Assembly (NCBI GenBank): GCA_964424545.1
Contig: CAYRJN010000001.1
Coordinates: forward strand, 1 to 59,421
Direction of reading: 5' to 3'
Length of the DNA: 59,421 nucleotides
From: an uncultured Calditrichaceae bacterium
GTDB taxonomy: Bacteria > Calditrichota > Calditrichia > Calditrichales > Calditrichaceae
Each line of letters opens with the position of its first letter. Position 1 is the first letter of the stretch. The notes under the pieces were generated by a model. It made no database searches. It had not been told where the DNA came from and saw only the letters and a list, made by a program, of their open reading frames with translations. Of this stretch, positions 16,284 to 26,683 are shown piece by piece. Both the position numbers and the translations under genes were made by a program.

Positions 16284-17615
16284 TTGCAAACCAATGATTT
16301 GAAAAATCATGAAGAGGCTAAAAAATTACGAAAAGCAAAACGCAAGGAGCTTTTGTCCTGGATTCTTTATGATTTTGCCAATACGGCTTTCAGCGTTATT
16401 GTTGTAACGGTTGTCTTCTCTGTCTATTTTAAACAATATATCGTGGCTGATTTTAAAGTTGATATTTTTGGTTTGACGCGCAATCCAGGCGATTTTTTAT
16501 GGGGCTTGGGAGGGGCGATATCTATGCTTTTCGTGGCTTTGACTTCGCCGGTTATGGGCGCAATTGCCGATTACGGCAAGAGTAAGAAAAAATTCGTATT
16601 TATTTATTCTTCATTATGTATTATCATGACCCTTCTGCTGTATTTTACAGGGCCGGGAATGATATGGCGGGCTTTAATCCTTTTTGTTCTGGCCGATATC
16701 GGTTTTGAAGGGGCGATTGTTTTTTATAACGGATTCTTGCCTCAGATTTCCACGAATGATAATATCGGTAAAATTTCCGGTTACGGATTTGCATTTGGGT
16801 ATGTGGGCTCTCTAATCTCTTTAATGATTGCGCTTCCCTATGCAAATATGGCATTTGCGCAGGGCAGTTTGCAAATGATGCGGCCGACCTTTATTTGGGC
16901 CGGTCTGTTTTTTCTCGTGTTTTCTATTCCGTTTTATCTTTTTGTGACGGAAAAAAAGAACGCTCCTTCCCTGCAAAGACAATCCGTAAACTATATAAAA
17001 GAAGGTTATGGGCGTCTTAAAAAAACAATTCGAAAGATAAAAGAATTTCCTCAAATCGTTAAATTTTTAATTGCTTATTTTATTTATATTGACGGCGTTA
17101 ATACGGTGATTTATTTTGGCGGTATATTTGCCAAAGATACCTTGGGTTTCACTATGACCGAAGTGATTACCTTTTTTGCTATTGTACAATTTACGGCTAT
17201 TTCCGGCGCCTATATTTTCGGTTTTCTTACTGATAAGCTGGGCGTAAAAAAGACGATAAATATAACGCTTTTTCTATGGATGGGCGTGACCGTGGGGGCA
17301 TTCCTTTCTTATAATGTGTGGTCTTTTTATTTGGTGGGACTTACTGCAGGGATTGCAATGGGCTCTACCCAAGCTGCCAGCAGGGCAATGATGGGAAGAT
17401 TAATACCCGAAGGAATGGAAGCCGAATTTTTCGGGTTTTATGCTTTAACCGGTAAGTTTTCATCTATTTTGGGTCCTTTGTTATTTGGCATAACTTCCAC
17501 GGTTAGCGCCAGCCAGCGCATTGGCGTACTGTCTATTTTAATGTTTTTTATTATCGGCTATTTTTTATTTCAACGCGTGGATGATAAAATTACATATAAA
17601 AAAGTTGTAATATAG
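16284..17615 (+). CDS. MFS transporter, UMF1/Atg22-like family
   Basis: WILYDFANTAFSVIVVTVVFSVYF is typical of Atg22-like MFS proteins. About 12 hydrophobic segments. TTG start is uncertain. Confidence 0.75.
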   Translation: MQTNDLKNHEEAKKLRKAKRKELLSWILYDFANTAFSVIVVTVVFSVYFKQYIVADFKVDIFGLTRNPGDFLWGLGGAISMLFVALTSPVMGAIADYGKSKKKFVFIYSSLCIIMTLLLYFTGPGMIWRALILFVLADIGFEGAIVFYNGFLPQISTNDNIGKISGYGFAFGYVGSLISLMIALPYANMAFAQGSLQMMRPTFIWAGLFFLVFSIPFYLFVTEKKNAPSLQRQSVNYIKEGYGRLKKTIRKIKEFPQIVKFLIAYFIYIDGVNTVIYFGGIFAKDTLGFTMTEVITFFAIVQFTAISGAYIFGFLTDKLGVKKTINITLFLWMGVTVGAFLSYNVWSFYLVGLTAGIAMGSTQAASRAMMGRLIPEGMEAEFFGFYALTGKFSSILGPLLFGITSTVSASQRIGVLSILMFFIIGYFLFQRVDDKITYKKVVI

Positions 17616-17767
17616 TCTTTTTTAATTTATGCGCTTTTCTATGATAGATAAGGCGGAATTGTTCCGAATCTTACTTACGGCTTTGTCGTTTCGTTAACAA
17701 TTTCTGATTGCTACTCGAATTAATATTGTAAATGGATGTATCTCTATTGCAATAATAAGAATAATTA

Positions 17768-18658
17768 ATGAAAATTTTTATTTATATCCTTGTATTAACG
17801 GCAATCTTTTGTACTTTTTCCAAAGCCGAGGAAAAATTAAAAATTGATCGAATGACCTTGATATTTCGCTCCGATACGAATGATAAAAACTTTATTGATT
17901 TTATTGAGACGGATATAAAACAACGCTTGACTTTAATAAAATCATTTTACGGAGGTTTGCCTGATGAAAATTATATCATATATTTATTGAAAAACAAAGA
18001 ACGATTTGAAACGTTTTCCAAAAAAGATTTACCCGAATGGAGCAGGGCAATAGCCTATGTAAAAAATAATACGATCATTCTAAAAATTAATTCGGCGGAA
18101 GATATTTTAGAATCTTCAAAAACATTGGCGCATGAATTGTCTCATATGCTTTTATACCGAAGATTTAATGAGCGCCATATTCCCGTATGGTTAAATGAGG
18201 GGCTTGCCGAATATTTGGCGGGGAAAGAGCTGTCTCTTGCTGAGAAAACGATTATAGCTAATGCGCTTTGGACAAATTCATTGATTCCCTTGAGTCGAAT
18301 AGATTCTTTACTTTTGTTTGATGCCGTTAAGGCGCGTCTATCTTATTTGGAATCTCTTGTCGCCGTAAAGTTTTATATTGGAAAGCACGGATTGAAGAAC
18401 CTGTACAGGCTTTTGGAGAATATTGACGAATCAACGGGTATTAACCCAGCGTTTTTAAAAACCGTAGGATATGATTTTATTGATTTTGAAGTCGAGTGGT
18501 ATAAAGAATTAGATGATAAATATCTTTGGATGGTTATCTTGAATTTAGATAGTTTACTATGGTTAAGCATTACCGTCTTAGCGATTGTTGTGTTTTTATC
18601 CATAAAAATCAGAAATAAGAAAAAGATTGAAAAATTGGATTCATGGGATGATTATTAA
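17768..18658 (+). CDS. peptidase-MA-like zinc metalloprotease, signal peptide and C-terminal TM anchor
   Basis: Signal peptide MKIFIYILVLTAIFCTFSKA. HExxH in LAHELSHML followed by WLNEGLAEYL. C-terminal TM LLWLSITVLAIVVFLSI. Confidence 0.7.
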   Translation: MKIFIYILVLTAIFCTFSKAEEKLKIDRMTLIFRSDTNDKNFIDFIETDIKQRLTLIKSFYGGLPDENYIIYLLKNKERFETFSKKDLPEWSRAIAYVKNNTIILKINSAEDILESSKTLAHELSHMLLYRRFNERHIPVWLNEGLAEYLAGKELSLAEKTIIANALWTNSLIPLSRIDSLLLFDAVKARLSYLESLVAVKFYIGKHGLKNLYRLLENIDESTGINPAFLKTVGYDFIDFEVEWYKELDDKYLWMVILNLDSLLWLSITVLAIVVFLSIKIRNKKKIEKLDSWDDY

Positions 18659-18711
18659 ATCCATGAAAATGAATTAAGATTGTTTAATAAATAAGTCGGG
18701 AAAATAGAAGG

Positions 18712-20337
18712 ATGTCAAGACAAGCAAGCAATAGTATAAAAAAGGCGGTCATTTTTACATTGATCGTTATTTCCGCATTTTTGTTATATGATAAAATAGA
18801 TTATTTATTTTATAGTACGGAAGATTACGAGCGTAAAGAAAATATTGATCGTCTTTCCGAAGTATTGGAGGATATTCATCGTAATTATGTGGATACCGTA
18901 GATTGGAATAAAAGCATTGACGGCGCCATCAACGGCCTGCTTGATAAATTGGATCCTCATTCGGTTTATATTGACAAGAAAGAAGTTCAGCGAAATGAAG
19001 AGAATTTTAAGGGACATTATTATGGTATAGGAATACAATTTGATGTATTGAACGGGTATATTACCGTCATCTCCGTTATTTCAGGCAGCCCGTCCGAAGA
19101 AGTCGGTTTGCAGCCGGGCGATTTGATTACCGAGATCGAAGGGAAGTCGGCCTATAATATAAAAAGAGATGAAGTGCCTTTAAAGTTAAAAGGAAAAAAA
19201 GGGACAAAGGTGACGGTAACGATAAAAAGAGAAGGGATTGCCAAACCTTTTCAGGTTACCATTACACGGGGAGAAATACCCATTTACGCGCTTAATACAT
19301 ACTTTATGCAGGATGATAGTAGCGGTTACATCTGGGTTAATCGTTTTGCGGGCACAACAACGGCCGAGCTTGAAGAAGCTTTGGAAGAGTTGGAAGCACA
19401 GGGAATGAAACGCCTTATTTTGGATTTACGCGGAAACGGCGGCGGATATTTGCGGGAAGCGGTGACGATATGCGGAACTTTTTTAAAGGGACATAAGTTA
19501 GTTGTATATACGCGAGGCAGAAATAGCCGTAATAACGAAGAATATTATACCGATACTTTCGGCCGTTTACACAGCCGCAATTATCCTTTAATCGTGATGA
19601 TAGATTACGGTTCGGCCAGCGCTTCGGAAATTGTGGCCGGAGCATTACAGGATTATGACCGCGCATTAATTGTTGGCAAAAACAGCTTCGGGAAAGGTCT
19701 GGTGCAGAATGAGTTTCCATTGAATAATGGGGCCAGATTAAGATTGACCGTTGCTAAGTATTATACGCCAAGCGGAAGAATAATTCAAAAACCATACAAA
19801 GGTAAAAGCAAAAAAGAGTATTATAATGAAATAATGGGAGAAGACTCCAGTAAAAGCGCCGAGGCCGATAGTATTAGCGAAAGACTGCTTTATCACACAA
19901 AGGGGGGGCGGGTAGTTCACGGTGGCGGAGGAATTAAACCGGACATAGAAATAGCCTATAAAAGGCCCTATTCATCGCCGGCTTTAATCCAAAAGCTGTT
20001 GCAAAAAAGAATATTTTTCGAAGTCGGCTCGGCTTATGCCAATAAACATCATGAATGGAAAAACAACTTTGCCGATTTTTTTAGAAAATTTGGCGTTACT
20101 CAGGAATTGTTTAATAATGTATATGAGCAGGCGAAGCTAAGAAAAATAAAAATATCTTTGGAAGAATTGAAGAAAAATGAAATATTTATCAGAAATAGAG
20201 TAAAAGCCGAGATTGCCAGAAGTTTGTGGGGAATGGAACGATATTGGCAAATAGAACTGCAAGCGGATGCGCAATTTTTAGATGCTTTTAAACATTTTAA
20301 CAAAGCAAAAAATATTCTTGAATCGACGGCGCCATGA
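18712..20337 (+). CDS. S41 family C-terminal processing (tail-specific) peptidase with PDZ domain
   Basis: YGIGIQF, PDZ GSPSEEVGLQPGDLITEIEG, LILDLRGNGGGYL, GSASASEIVAGALQD, FGKGLVQ. Confidence 0.9.
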   Translation: MSRQASNSIKKAVIFTLIVISAFLLYDKIDYLFYSTEDYERKENIDRLSEVLEDIHRNYVDTVDWNKSIDGAINGLLDKLDPHSVYIDKKEVQRNEENFKGHYYGIGIQFDVLNGYITVISVISGSPSEEVGLQPGDLITEIEGKSAYNIKRDEVPLKLKGKKGTKVTVTIKREGIAKPFQVTITRGEIPIYALNTYFMQDDSSGYIWVNRFAGTTTAELEEALEELEAQGMKRLILDLRGNGGGYLREAVTICGTFLKGHKLVVYTRGRNSRNNEEYYTDTFGRLHSRNYPLIVMIDYGSASASEIVAGALQDYDRALIVGKNSFGKGLVQNEFPLNNGARLRLTVAKYYTPSGRIIQKPYKGKSKKEYYNEIMGEDSSKSAEADSISERLLYHTKGGRVVHGGGGIKPDIEIAYKRPYSSPALIQKLLQKRIFFEVGSAYANKHHEWKNNFADFFRKFGVTQELFNNVYEQAKLRKIKISLEELKKNEIFIRNRVKAEIARSLWGMERYWQIELQADAQFLDAFKHFNKAKNILESTAP

Positions 20338-20450
20338 TGACGAAAAAATTTTGACTTTAGTTTTTAAAAATAGTATACTTAATGACGTATTCTTGATATT
20401 TAAAAAATTATTAATTAACAAAAAATCAGAAGAGAAAAGGAGTTTTAATT

Positions 20451-21065
20451 ATGACAGAACTTTTCTTGAATGGCGGTCCATTCATGTGGCCAATCTTAGG
20501 TCTGTTAATAATTGGTATTGGATTTTCATTGGAACGTCTGTGGAGTTTAACGCGCGCATCCGTGAATACCAGAAAGTTTTTGGCAAAATTGCATACGGCT
20601 TTAAACGAGGGCGGCGTTGAAGCTGCCGCTGCCGAATGCGAAAAGACACCGGGTCCGGTTGCTTCTATCCTTCATGCCGGTTTGGCTCGCGCCGATAAAG
20701 GCATTGATCACGTAAAAGAAGCGATTACTTCCGCAGGTGCTATTGAAATGGCTTTCCTTGAAAAAGGTATGATCGTTCTACAATCTGTTATTGTATTAGC
20801 GCCGATGTTGGGATTTACCGGGACGGTTTCCGGTATGGTTTCCGCTTTTGACGCTATTAAAGTTAAAAATGATATTTCGCCCGCTATTGTAGCCGGCGGT
20901 ATTTCCGAAGCTTTATTGACAACGCTTTTCGGACTTGTTGTAGCTATGATAATTCAAATTTTCTTTAATTATTTTACTTCAAGAATAGATAAATTAATTA
21001 TCGACATGGAAGAGAGCTCTGTCAATTTAGTTGATGCGTTAAGCGAATTGGAAGAAAAAAAATAA
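20451..21065 (+). CDS. exbB: MotA/TolQ/ExbB proton-channel protein
   Basis: GGPFMWPILGLLIIGIGFSLER, LAPMLGFTGTVSGM, ISEALLTTLFGLVVA. Confidence 0.88.
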   Translation: MTELFLNGGPFMWPILGLLIIGIGFSLERLWSLTRASVNTRKFLAKLHTALNEGGVEAAAAECEKTPGPVASILHAGLARADKGIDHVKEAITSAGAIEMAFLEKGMIVLQSVIVLAPMLGFTGTVSGMVSAFDAIKVKNDISPAIVAGGISEALLTTLFGLVVAMIIQIFFNYFTSRIDKLIIDMEESSVNLVDALSELEEKK

Positions 21066-21088
21066 ACAAGCACAATAGAGGATAAACT

Positions 21089-21496
21089 ATGTTACTCGGT
21101 AAAAAACGAGAACGTGATGTAGAAATACCTTCAGCCTCTTTATCTGATATTGTTTTTCTTCTGTTGATCTTTTTTCTTGTGACGACGGCCATTGATACGG
21201 AAAAAGGTTTGGATTTGGTGTTGCCGCCGCCCGGCGATATTGAAATAAAGATACCGAAGAAAAATATAACCAATTTATTGGTGAATGCATCAGGGCAGGT
21301 TCTTTTGGATAATGAGCTTGTTGATATTAGAGATATTTCCAGAATCATAAAAGATAAAATATATGAAAATAATTTGCTTGTGGTATCTCTAAAGACCGAT
21401 AAAGAGACAAAATTTGAAGATTATATAAGAGTATTAGATCAATTGAAGAAAGCCGAGGCTAAGCGTATTTCAATCGCTGAGCCTGAGGAAGATTAA
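21089..21496 (+). CDS. exbD: ExbD/TolR biopolymer transport protein (copy 1)
   Basis: IPSASLSDIVFLLLIFFLVTT and size of 135 aa. Confidence 0.85.
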   Translation: MLLGKKRERDVEIPSASLSDIVFLLLIFFLVTTAIDTEKGLDLVLPPPGDIEIKIPKKNITNLLVNASGQVLLDNELVDIRDISRIIKDKIYENNLLVVSLKTDKETKFEDYIRVLDQLKKAEAKRISIAEPEED

Positions 21497-21511
21497 TATG
21501 GAGGCCGCAAG

Positions 21512-21928
21512 ATGAAGTTTCAAAAGAAGACAAAGGTGAATGCGACCATCCCGACCGCTTCGATGCCGGATATTATCTTTATGTTGCTGATTTTCTTTAT
21601 GGTTGCAACGGTTTTTAAACAGTACAGCGGCTTAAAAGTAAAGGTTCCCGCAGCGTCAATGATTCAAAAGATTCCAGGATCTAAACGGCACGTGGTTACA
21701 ATTTGGGTTAATAAAGAAAATCAGGTTATTTGTGATGATGTGGTTATTAAAAAAATCTCCGATCTTAGAAATGTTGTGTATCAGAAAAGAGTTGCCGACC
21801 CGCAGATAATCTTAGCGCTTAAAATTGATAAAAATGTACAAATGGGTTTTGTTAATAAGGTACATCAGGAGTTGAGAAAAGCCAGCGCTTTAAAAGTAAA
21901 CTATAATGCAAGACCGGGAGAGTTATAA
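21512..21928 (+). CDS. exbD: ExbD/TolR biopolymer transport protein (copy 2)
   Basis: IPTASMPDIIFMLLIFFMVAT and size of 138 aa. Confidence 0.85.
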   Translation: MKFQKKTKVNATIPTASMPDIIFMLLIFFMVATVFKQYSGLKVKVPAASMIQKIPGSKRHVVTIWVNKENQVICDDVVIKKISDLRNVVYQKRVADPQIILALKIDKNVQMGFVNKVHQELRKASALKVNYNARPGEL

Positions 21929-22557
21929 TGGAAACAATTAAAAAAAATCCCGAAGTAGATTTAAAATTAAAATATAAAAATGTTCTCAATGCTGGAATGG
22001 CGCTTTCTCTACTGATAATGATTTTTACATTTTATTCTTTTCAGACCTTTGAGAGCGGCGTTACTCTGCCTGATAATCCCGATATCACTATTGAAACCAT
22101 TGAAATTCCGCAAACGCAACAGTTACAAAAACCGCCGCCCCCCTCAAGGCCTTCTATCCCGGTGGAGAGTGAGGATGAAGATCTTTTGGACGATGTAACG
22201 ATTGAAGAAACCGAAGTCACCTTGGATGAAGTAAAAGATTTACCGCCCCCTCCTCCGCCTGAAGAGGATGAAGTATATGAATTCTTTGCCGTGTCGGAAA
22301 AACCGGTAATCACGCATAAGGAAGTTCCTAAATATCCTGAGCTGGCTAAAAAAGCGGGAATACAGGGAAATGTTGTTATTACGGTTACAATCGATAAAAA
22401 AGGGAATGTTGAAAACGCCAAAGTCTTTAAATCGATACCGATGTTAGATGACGCTGCTTTAAATGCCGCTAAAAAATGTAAATTTAAACCGGCTAAACAA
22501 CGAGATAAATTTGTAAAAGTAAAAATGAACATTCCTTTTAATTTTAAGTTAAAATAA
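21928..22557 (+). CDS. TonB-family energy transducer
   Basis: N-terminal TM, Pro-rich linker (KPPPPSRPSIP, LPPPPPPEE), and TonB_C-like YPELAKKAGIQGNVVITVTIDKKGNV...AALNAAKKCKFKPA. TAATG overlap with exbD copy 2. Confidence 0.85.
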   Translation: METIKKNPEVDLKLKYKNVLNAGMALSLLIMIFTFYSFQTFESGVTLPDNPDITIETIEIPQTQQLQKPPPPSRPSIPVESEDEDLLDDVTIEETEVTLDEVKDLPPPPPPEEDEVYEFFAVSEKPVITHKEVPKYPELAKKAGIQGNVVITVTIDKKGNVENAKVFKSIPMLDDAALNAAKKCKFKPAKQRDKFVKVKMNIPFNFKLK

Positions 22558-22565
22558 TTATTATA

Positions 22566-22597
22566 GAAAGGCAGCTTAACGCTGCCTTTCTCTTTTT
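22566..22597 (+). terminator. rho-independent terminator after the tonB-like gene
   Basis: Perfect 10-bp stem gaaaggcagc-ttaac-gctgcctttc followed by tcttttt. Confidence 0.85.
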
Positions 22598-22646
22598 ATA
22601 TTGTCTTCTCTCTTGCATCCTTTTTTCTATTCAGCTATATTATCGC

Positions 22647-23519
22647 ATGAATTTAGTTTATATAATTAACCCTAATTCCGGTAAACGCGCAAAAACCAAG
22701 GATATTCTACGCCTTATAGAAGATAATTCGACTGATCGTTTTACAATTTATTTTACCGAATACAGCGGGCATGCTTCCATATTGGCGGCAGATTCAGTTA
22801 AAAAAGGTGTTGATACTGTTGTCGCAGTCGGCGGCGACGGAACTATTAATGAAATAGCTCGCTCTCTCGTTAATACAGGCGTCGTTCTCGGGATAATTCC
22901 TGCCGGTTCGGGAAACGGTTTTGCACGTTCTTTAAAAATCCCCCTGAATACAAAGAAGGCGGTTCAATTATTAAATAATTATTCTATTAAAACGATTGAC
23001 GCCGGGAAATTAAATGATAAATATTTTTTCGGTATGTGCGGCGTTGGTTTTGACGCCTTGGTTGGAGCAACATTCCAAAATTTCGGTAAACGAGGCGCTA
23101 TGCCCTATTTCTATATCGGTTTGAAAGAGTATTTTAAATACAACTTTGAAACGTTTACCATCGTAATGAGCGGAACTTCGGTCGATTATGATCCTTTATT
23201 AATTTCCGTCGCCAATACATCACAATACGGAAACGGGGCGGTTATTGCGCCGCAGGCTGATCCCTCCGACGGCTATTTTGATTTGTGTATAATAAAAAAA
23301 ATGAACGCAGGCGCAGCTTTAAAAAATATTTCCTTGCTTTTTAACGGCAAAATAAAGCAAAGTCCTTATTATATTCACAAGCGGGTTAAATCGCTTATCA
23401 TTAAGAGAGGGAATAAGAAAGGATATTATCATATAGACGGAGAGCCCTTTTTGTCGGATGAAGATTTGGAAATCAGTGTCGTCCCTTCGGCGCTTAGAGT
23501 ATGTGTTCCAAAAATATAG
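22647..23519 (+). CDS. diacylglycerol/lipid kinase family protein (YegS/BmrU-like)
   Basis: VVAVGGDGTINE, IIPAGSGNGFARSL, HIDGEP. Confidence 0.85.
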   Translation: MNLVYIINPNSGKRAKTKDILRLIEDNSTDRFTIYFTEYSGHASILAADSVKKGVDTVVAVGGDGTINEIARSLVNTGVVLGIIPAGSGNGFARSLKIPLNTKKAVQLLNNYSIKTIDAGKLNDKYFFGMCGVGFDALVGATFQNFGKRGAMPYFYIGLKEYFKYNFETFTIVMSGTSVDYDPLLISVANTSQYGNGAVIAPQADPSDGYFDLCIIKKMNAGAALKNISLLFNGKIKQSPYYIHKRVKSLIIKRGNKKGYYHIDGEPFLSDEDLEISVVPSALRVCVPKI

Positions 23520-23532
23520 TTTTGATAACAAG

Positions 23533-23567
23533 ATATTGAAGAATAGATAAAGTAGCTTCAATATTTT
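23533..23567 (+). terminator. possible terminator hairpin
   Basis: atattgaag-14 nt-cttcaatat followed by ttt. The large loop and short T-run make this weak. Confidence 0.35.
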
Positions 23568-23820
23568 GGAAAATATTTTTTCAATCATAGTTCTTTAATC
23601 GCTATTAATGATTAGCTTAATTTACTAATATTAATTATGTTATAAACAATTTAAAGGCTTTTTTTATCATAAAATAAAAGGATCGAAATAAGACTATTCG
23701 AATAGTAATTAATTCTAATTTATTTATTTCTTTGATATGAATTAATAAGCGTTTCTATTTAAAAATTGAATTTATATTGAAACCTGTTTCGTAATATATA
23801 AAACATCGGAGTAAGATATA

Positions 23821-24249
23821 TTGAAAAAAAGATTTGAAACTTCTTTAGTAAGTCGTACTTATGAATGCGATTCCTACGGGCACGTCAATCACGCTGTATT
23901 TTTAAATTATCTTGAAGTGGCGAGAATCGAATTTTTAAAAACCATGGGCTATACGCTGGATTCTTTAAAAAAGGAAAATTTATTAATGCCTATCGTTAAA
24001 CTTGAGATTGAATATAAACAGCAGGTATTCGCAGGCGAAGAGTTAATCATTACCGTAGAATGGATCAAAAAGAAAAACAGGTCCGCCGTTTTCAAACAAA
24101 TGATTTTTAATAATGACAAATCCCTATTAATATCTAAAGCATTTATAACCTGGGTAGCGGTAAACTTGCAGGGAAAAGCGGTTGCTATTCCGGAAAAAAT
24201 TGTTGAAAAATATGAAAAAAACTATGGTCACATAGATAAAAATGGATAA
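23821..24249 (+). CDS. 4HBT-fold acyl-CoA thioesterase (YbgC/FadM-like)
   Basis: YECDSYGHVNHAVFLNYLEVAR. 142 aa. TTG start. Confidence 0.8.
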   Translation: MKKRFETSLVSRTYECDSYGHVNHAVFLNYLEVARIEFLKTMGYTLDSLKKENLLMPIVKLEIEYKQQVFAGEELIITVEWIKKKNRSAVFKQMIFNNDKSLLISKAFITWVAVNLQGKAVAIPEKIVEKYEKNYGHIDKNG

Positions 24250-25408
24250 ATTACAGCAATTATCTGAAAATATAAATAAAAAAGAATCCCAATTACTTTC
24301 CGAGTTTGCAACAAGAAATGATTCTGCCGTCAGAATAAATCCGGAGTCCGATATTCATTATCGTCCACCGTATGCCTTAGATAGAGACCGGATTTTTTAC
24401 AGCGGCGCTTTTAAGCGCTACACGGGCAAAACACAGGTAATATACTTTGCTTCCATGCTGGATGAACAGCTTACCAGCCGAATTGTCCATACTTTAAGCG
24501 TTGCGCAAATAGCGAAAACAATCGGGCGGCTGCTTTCTTTGAATACCGATTTAATTGATGCTATTGCGTTGGGGCATGACTTGGGACATCCTCCCTTCGG
24601 ACATGACGGTGAAAAGTTTTTAAGCGATGTAAGCAGAAAATATAATATCGGTCATTTCCATCATAATATTCAGAGTTTGCGCGTTGTAGATGTTATTGCT
24701 AAAAAAGGCAAGGGGATGAATTTGACTTTCCAGACGAGAGACGGAATATTATCGCATAATGGAGAAGCTCATAATCAGGTTCTACAGCCAAATACGGATA
24801 AAAAAGAGACCGATTTAATTGAATATATTAATAATATGAGTAACGGCAAAAGCGTTGATATGATGCCATCAACCTTAGAAGGATGCGTTGTCCGCTTAAC
24901 GGATACGATTGCCTATATCGGTCAGGATATTGAAGATGCCATTCGCATCGGTCTGATAAAACGAGAAGATTTACCGCGGGAGGCCGCTTCCGTTTTGGGT
25001 ATTTATAACGGTAAAATTATTGAAACGCTGGTAAACGATGTGGCGCTAAACAGTGAAGGCAAAAATTATGTGTGTTTCAGTGAAAAAATATCGCGGGCGC
25101 TTCTTGAATTGAAACGTTTTAATTATAAGAATATTTATAAAAGCGAAAAATTAAAAATCAACCATGAAAAAATTGAACGAGGGTTCTATCTGTTGTTTGA
25201 GAACTATTTAAGACAGCTGGAAGAGGAGGATAAATCCAGCGAGATATATCGTCATTTTCTTAACTATAAATTGGATGCCTATTTCCGGTATAATTCCAAG
25301 GAGTTGATAGTTAGAGATTTTATTGCCGGAATGACCGACCGCTATTTTATTGAGATGTTGCAAAAATTATTAATTCCTGAGATATCGTCATATAAAATTG
25401 AGAATTAG
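24242..25408 (+). CDS. HD-domain dNTP triphosphohydrolase-like protein (dGTPase family)
   Basis: ALDRDRIFYSGAFKRYTGKTQV, SRIVHTLSVAQIAKTIG, GHDLGHPPFGHDGE, DFIAGMTDRY. 8-nt overlap with the thioesterase gene. Confidence 0.85.
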   Translation: MDKLQQLSENINKKESQLLSEFATRNDSAVRINPESDIHYRPPYALDRDRIFYSGAFKRYTGKTQVIYFASMLDEQLTSRIVHTLSVAQIAKTIGRLLSLNTDLIDAIALGHDLGHPPFGHDGEKFLSDVSRKYNIGHFHHNIQSLRVVDVIAKKGKGMNLTFQTRDGILSHNGEAHNQVLQPNTDKKETDLIEYINNMSNGKSVDMMPSTLEGCVVRLTDTIAYIGQDIEDAIRIGLIKREDLPREAASVLGIYNGKIIETLVNDVALNSEGKNYVCFSEKISRALLELKRFNYKNIYKSEKLKINHEKIERGFYLLFENYLRQLEEEDKSSEIYRHFLNYKLDAYFRYNSKELIVRDFIAGMTDRYFIEMLQKLLIPEISSYKIEN

Positions 25409-25418
25409 GGAGAATATA

Positions 25419-26660
25419 ATGGGCGTAAAAAAGTTAGATGAAATTTTAAAAAAAATTGACCAATGCCGCGGAGAGGCAATTGATCTAATGAAAGCAATCG
25501 TGCCGATTAAAGCTTTGGGGCCGTTAAACAACGGTAACGGCGAATGGGAAAAAGCCGAATTTTTAAAGGAATATTTGAAGACAATAGGATTTAAAGAAAT
25601 TGAAGAATATCCGGCAAGCGATGATATGGCGCAGGGCGGACTGCGCCCGAATTTAATTGCCAGAGTTTCCGGAGAGAATACAGACAAAACCGTATGGATT
25701 CTGTCTCATCTTGATGTTGTACCGGAAGGAGATTTATCGAAATGGAACACCAATCCGTTTGAAGCCGTCGTTAAAGACGGCCGTATTTACGGCCGAGGAA
25801 CGGAAGATAACAATCAAGGATTGGTCAGTTCTATTATCATGGCTAAAGCCTTTATCTTTAAAGGCATAAAACCGCTGTATAATATCGGATTGGTTATGGT
25901 TGCAGACGAAGAAACGGGTAGTAAATACGGATTGGAATATTTAATGGAACATCATCAGAGTATTTTTAACAAAGATGATCTGTTTATTGTGCCTGATGCC
26001 GGCGAGCCGGACGGGACAATGATAGAAGTTGCCGAGAAGTCCATTATGTGGGTAAAATTTAAGACGGTAGGTAAGCAGGTCCATGCCAGTATGCCTGAAA
26101 AAGGAATTAACGCTTTTAAAGCCGCCTCCAATCTTGTTGTCGCTTTGGATCAACTGCATGAAATTTATAATGACATCGATCCCGTATTCGATCCGCCAAC
26201 CAGTACATTCGAACCGACGAAAAAAGAAGCCAATGTTCCTAATGTAAATACCATCCCTGGAGATGATATTTTTTATTTGGATTGCCGCATCTTACCACAA
26301 TATGATATTGACGATGTTATGAAAAAGATTGAAAATATTGTTAAGAAAATTGAAACCAAATTTAACGTATCCGTTGAAATTTCCACCGAGCAAAGAGAGC
26401 AAGCTGCTCCGGCCACACCGGTGGATGCGCCGGTTGTAAAAGCTTTAAAAAGGGCTGTTAAATATGTTTATAATGTGGACGCCAATCCAATGGGTATCGG
26501 CGGCGGTACGGTGGCGGCTTTATTTCGCAGAGCGGGTTTTAATGCCGCTGTTTGGGCAACCTTAGACGATCTGGCTCATCAGCCGAATGAATATTGCCTT
26601 ATTGATAACATGATTAACGACGCTAAAGTATTTGCTCACGTCTGCTTAACGGAGCTCTAA
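25419..26660 (+). CDS. M20 family metallopeptidase (ArgE/DapE/ACY1-like)
   Basis: SHLDVVPEG, GRGTEDNNQG, ADEETGS. ATG 25419 with SD agggag is preferred over the track start 25398. Confidence 0.85.
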   Translation: MGVKKLDEILKKIDQCRGEAIDLMKAIVPIKALGPLNNGNGEWEKAEFLKEYLKTIGFKEIEEYPASDDMAQGGLRPNLIARVSGENTDKTVWILSHLDVVPEGDLSKWNTNPFEAVVKDGRIYGRGTEDNNQGLVSSIIMAKAFIFKGIKPLYNIGLVMVADEETGSKYGLEYLMEHHQSIFNKDDLFIVPDAGEPDGTMIEVAEKSIMWVKFKTVGKQVHASMPEKGINAFKAASNLVVALDQLHEIYNDIDPVFDPPTSTFEPTKKEANVPNVNTIPGDDIFYLDCRILPQYDIDDVMKKIENIVKKIETKFNVSVEISTEQREQAAPATPVDAPVVKALKRAVKYVYNVDANPMGIGGGTVAALFRRAGFNAAVWATLDDLAHQPNEYCLIDNMINDAKVFAHVCLTEL

Positions 26661-26683
26661 AACCGTGTAGCAAAAAAACGAAA

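Noticed and set aside
20282-20620. A 112-aa ORF overlapping the end of the S41 peptidase gene and the start of exbB.
   Set aside because: It overlaps two well-supported genes in other frames, and its sequence has no family features.
20451-22557. One MotA/ExbB-like plus two ExbD/TolR-like proteins resemble the Myxococcus AglR/AglQ/AglS gliding motor controlled by MglA.
   Set aside because: The cluster ends with a canonical TonB (Pro-rich linker plus TonB_C), and exbB-exbD-exbD-tonB is the usual TonB energising arrangement in FCB bacteria. It is also 4 kb away from, and separately terminated from, the mglBA operon.
24242-25408. The HD-domain dGTPase-like gene could be an anti-phage dNTP-depletion defence gene.
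   Set aside because: It overlaps a thioesterase and sits in a run of housekeeping-looking genes with no mobile or defence neighbours. This looks like the ordinary Dgt-like paralogue found in most genomes.
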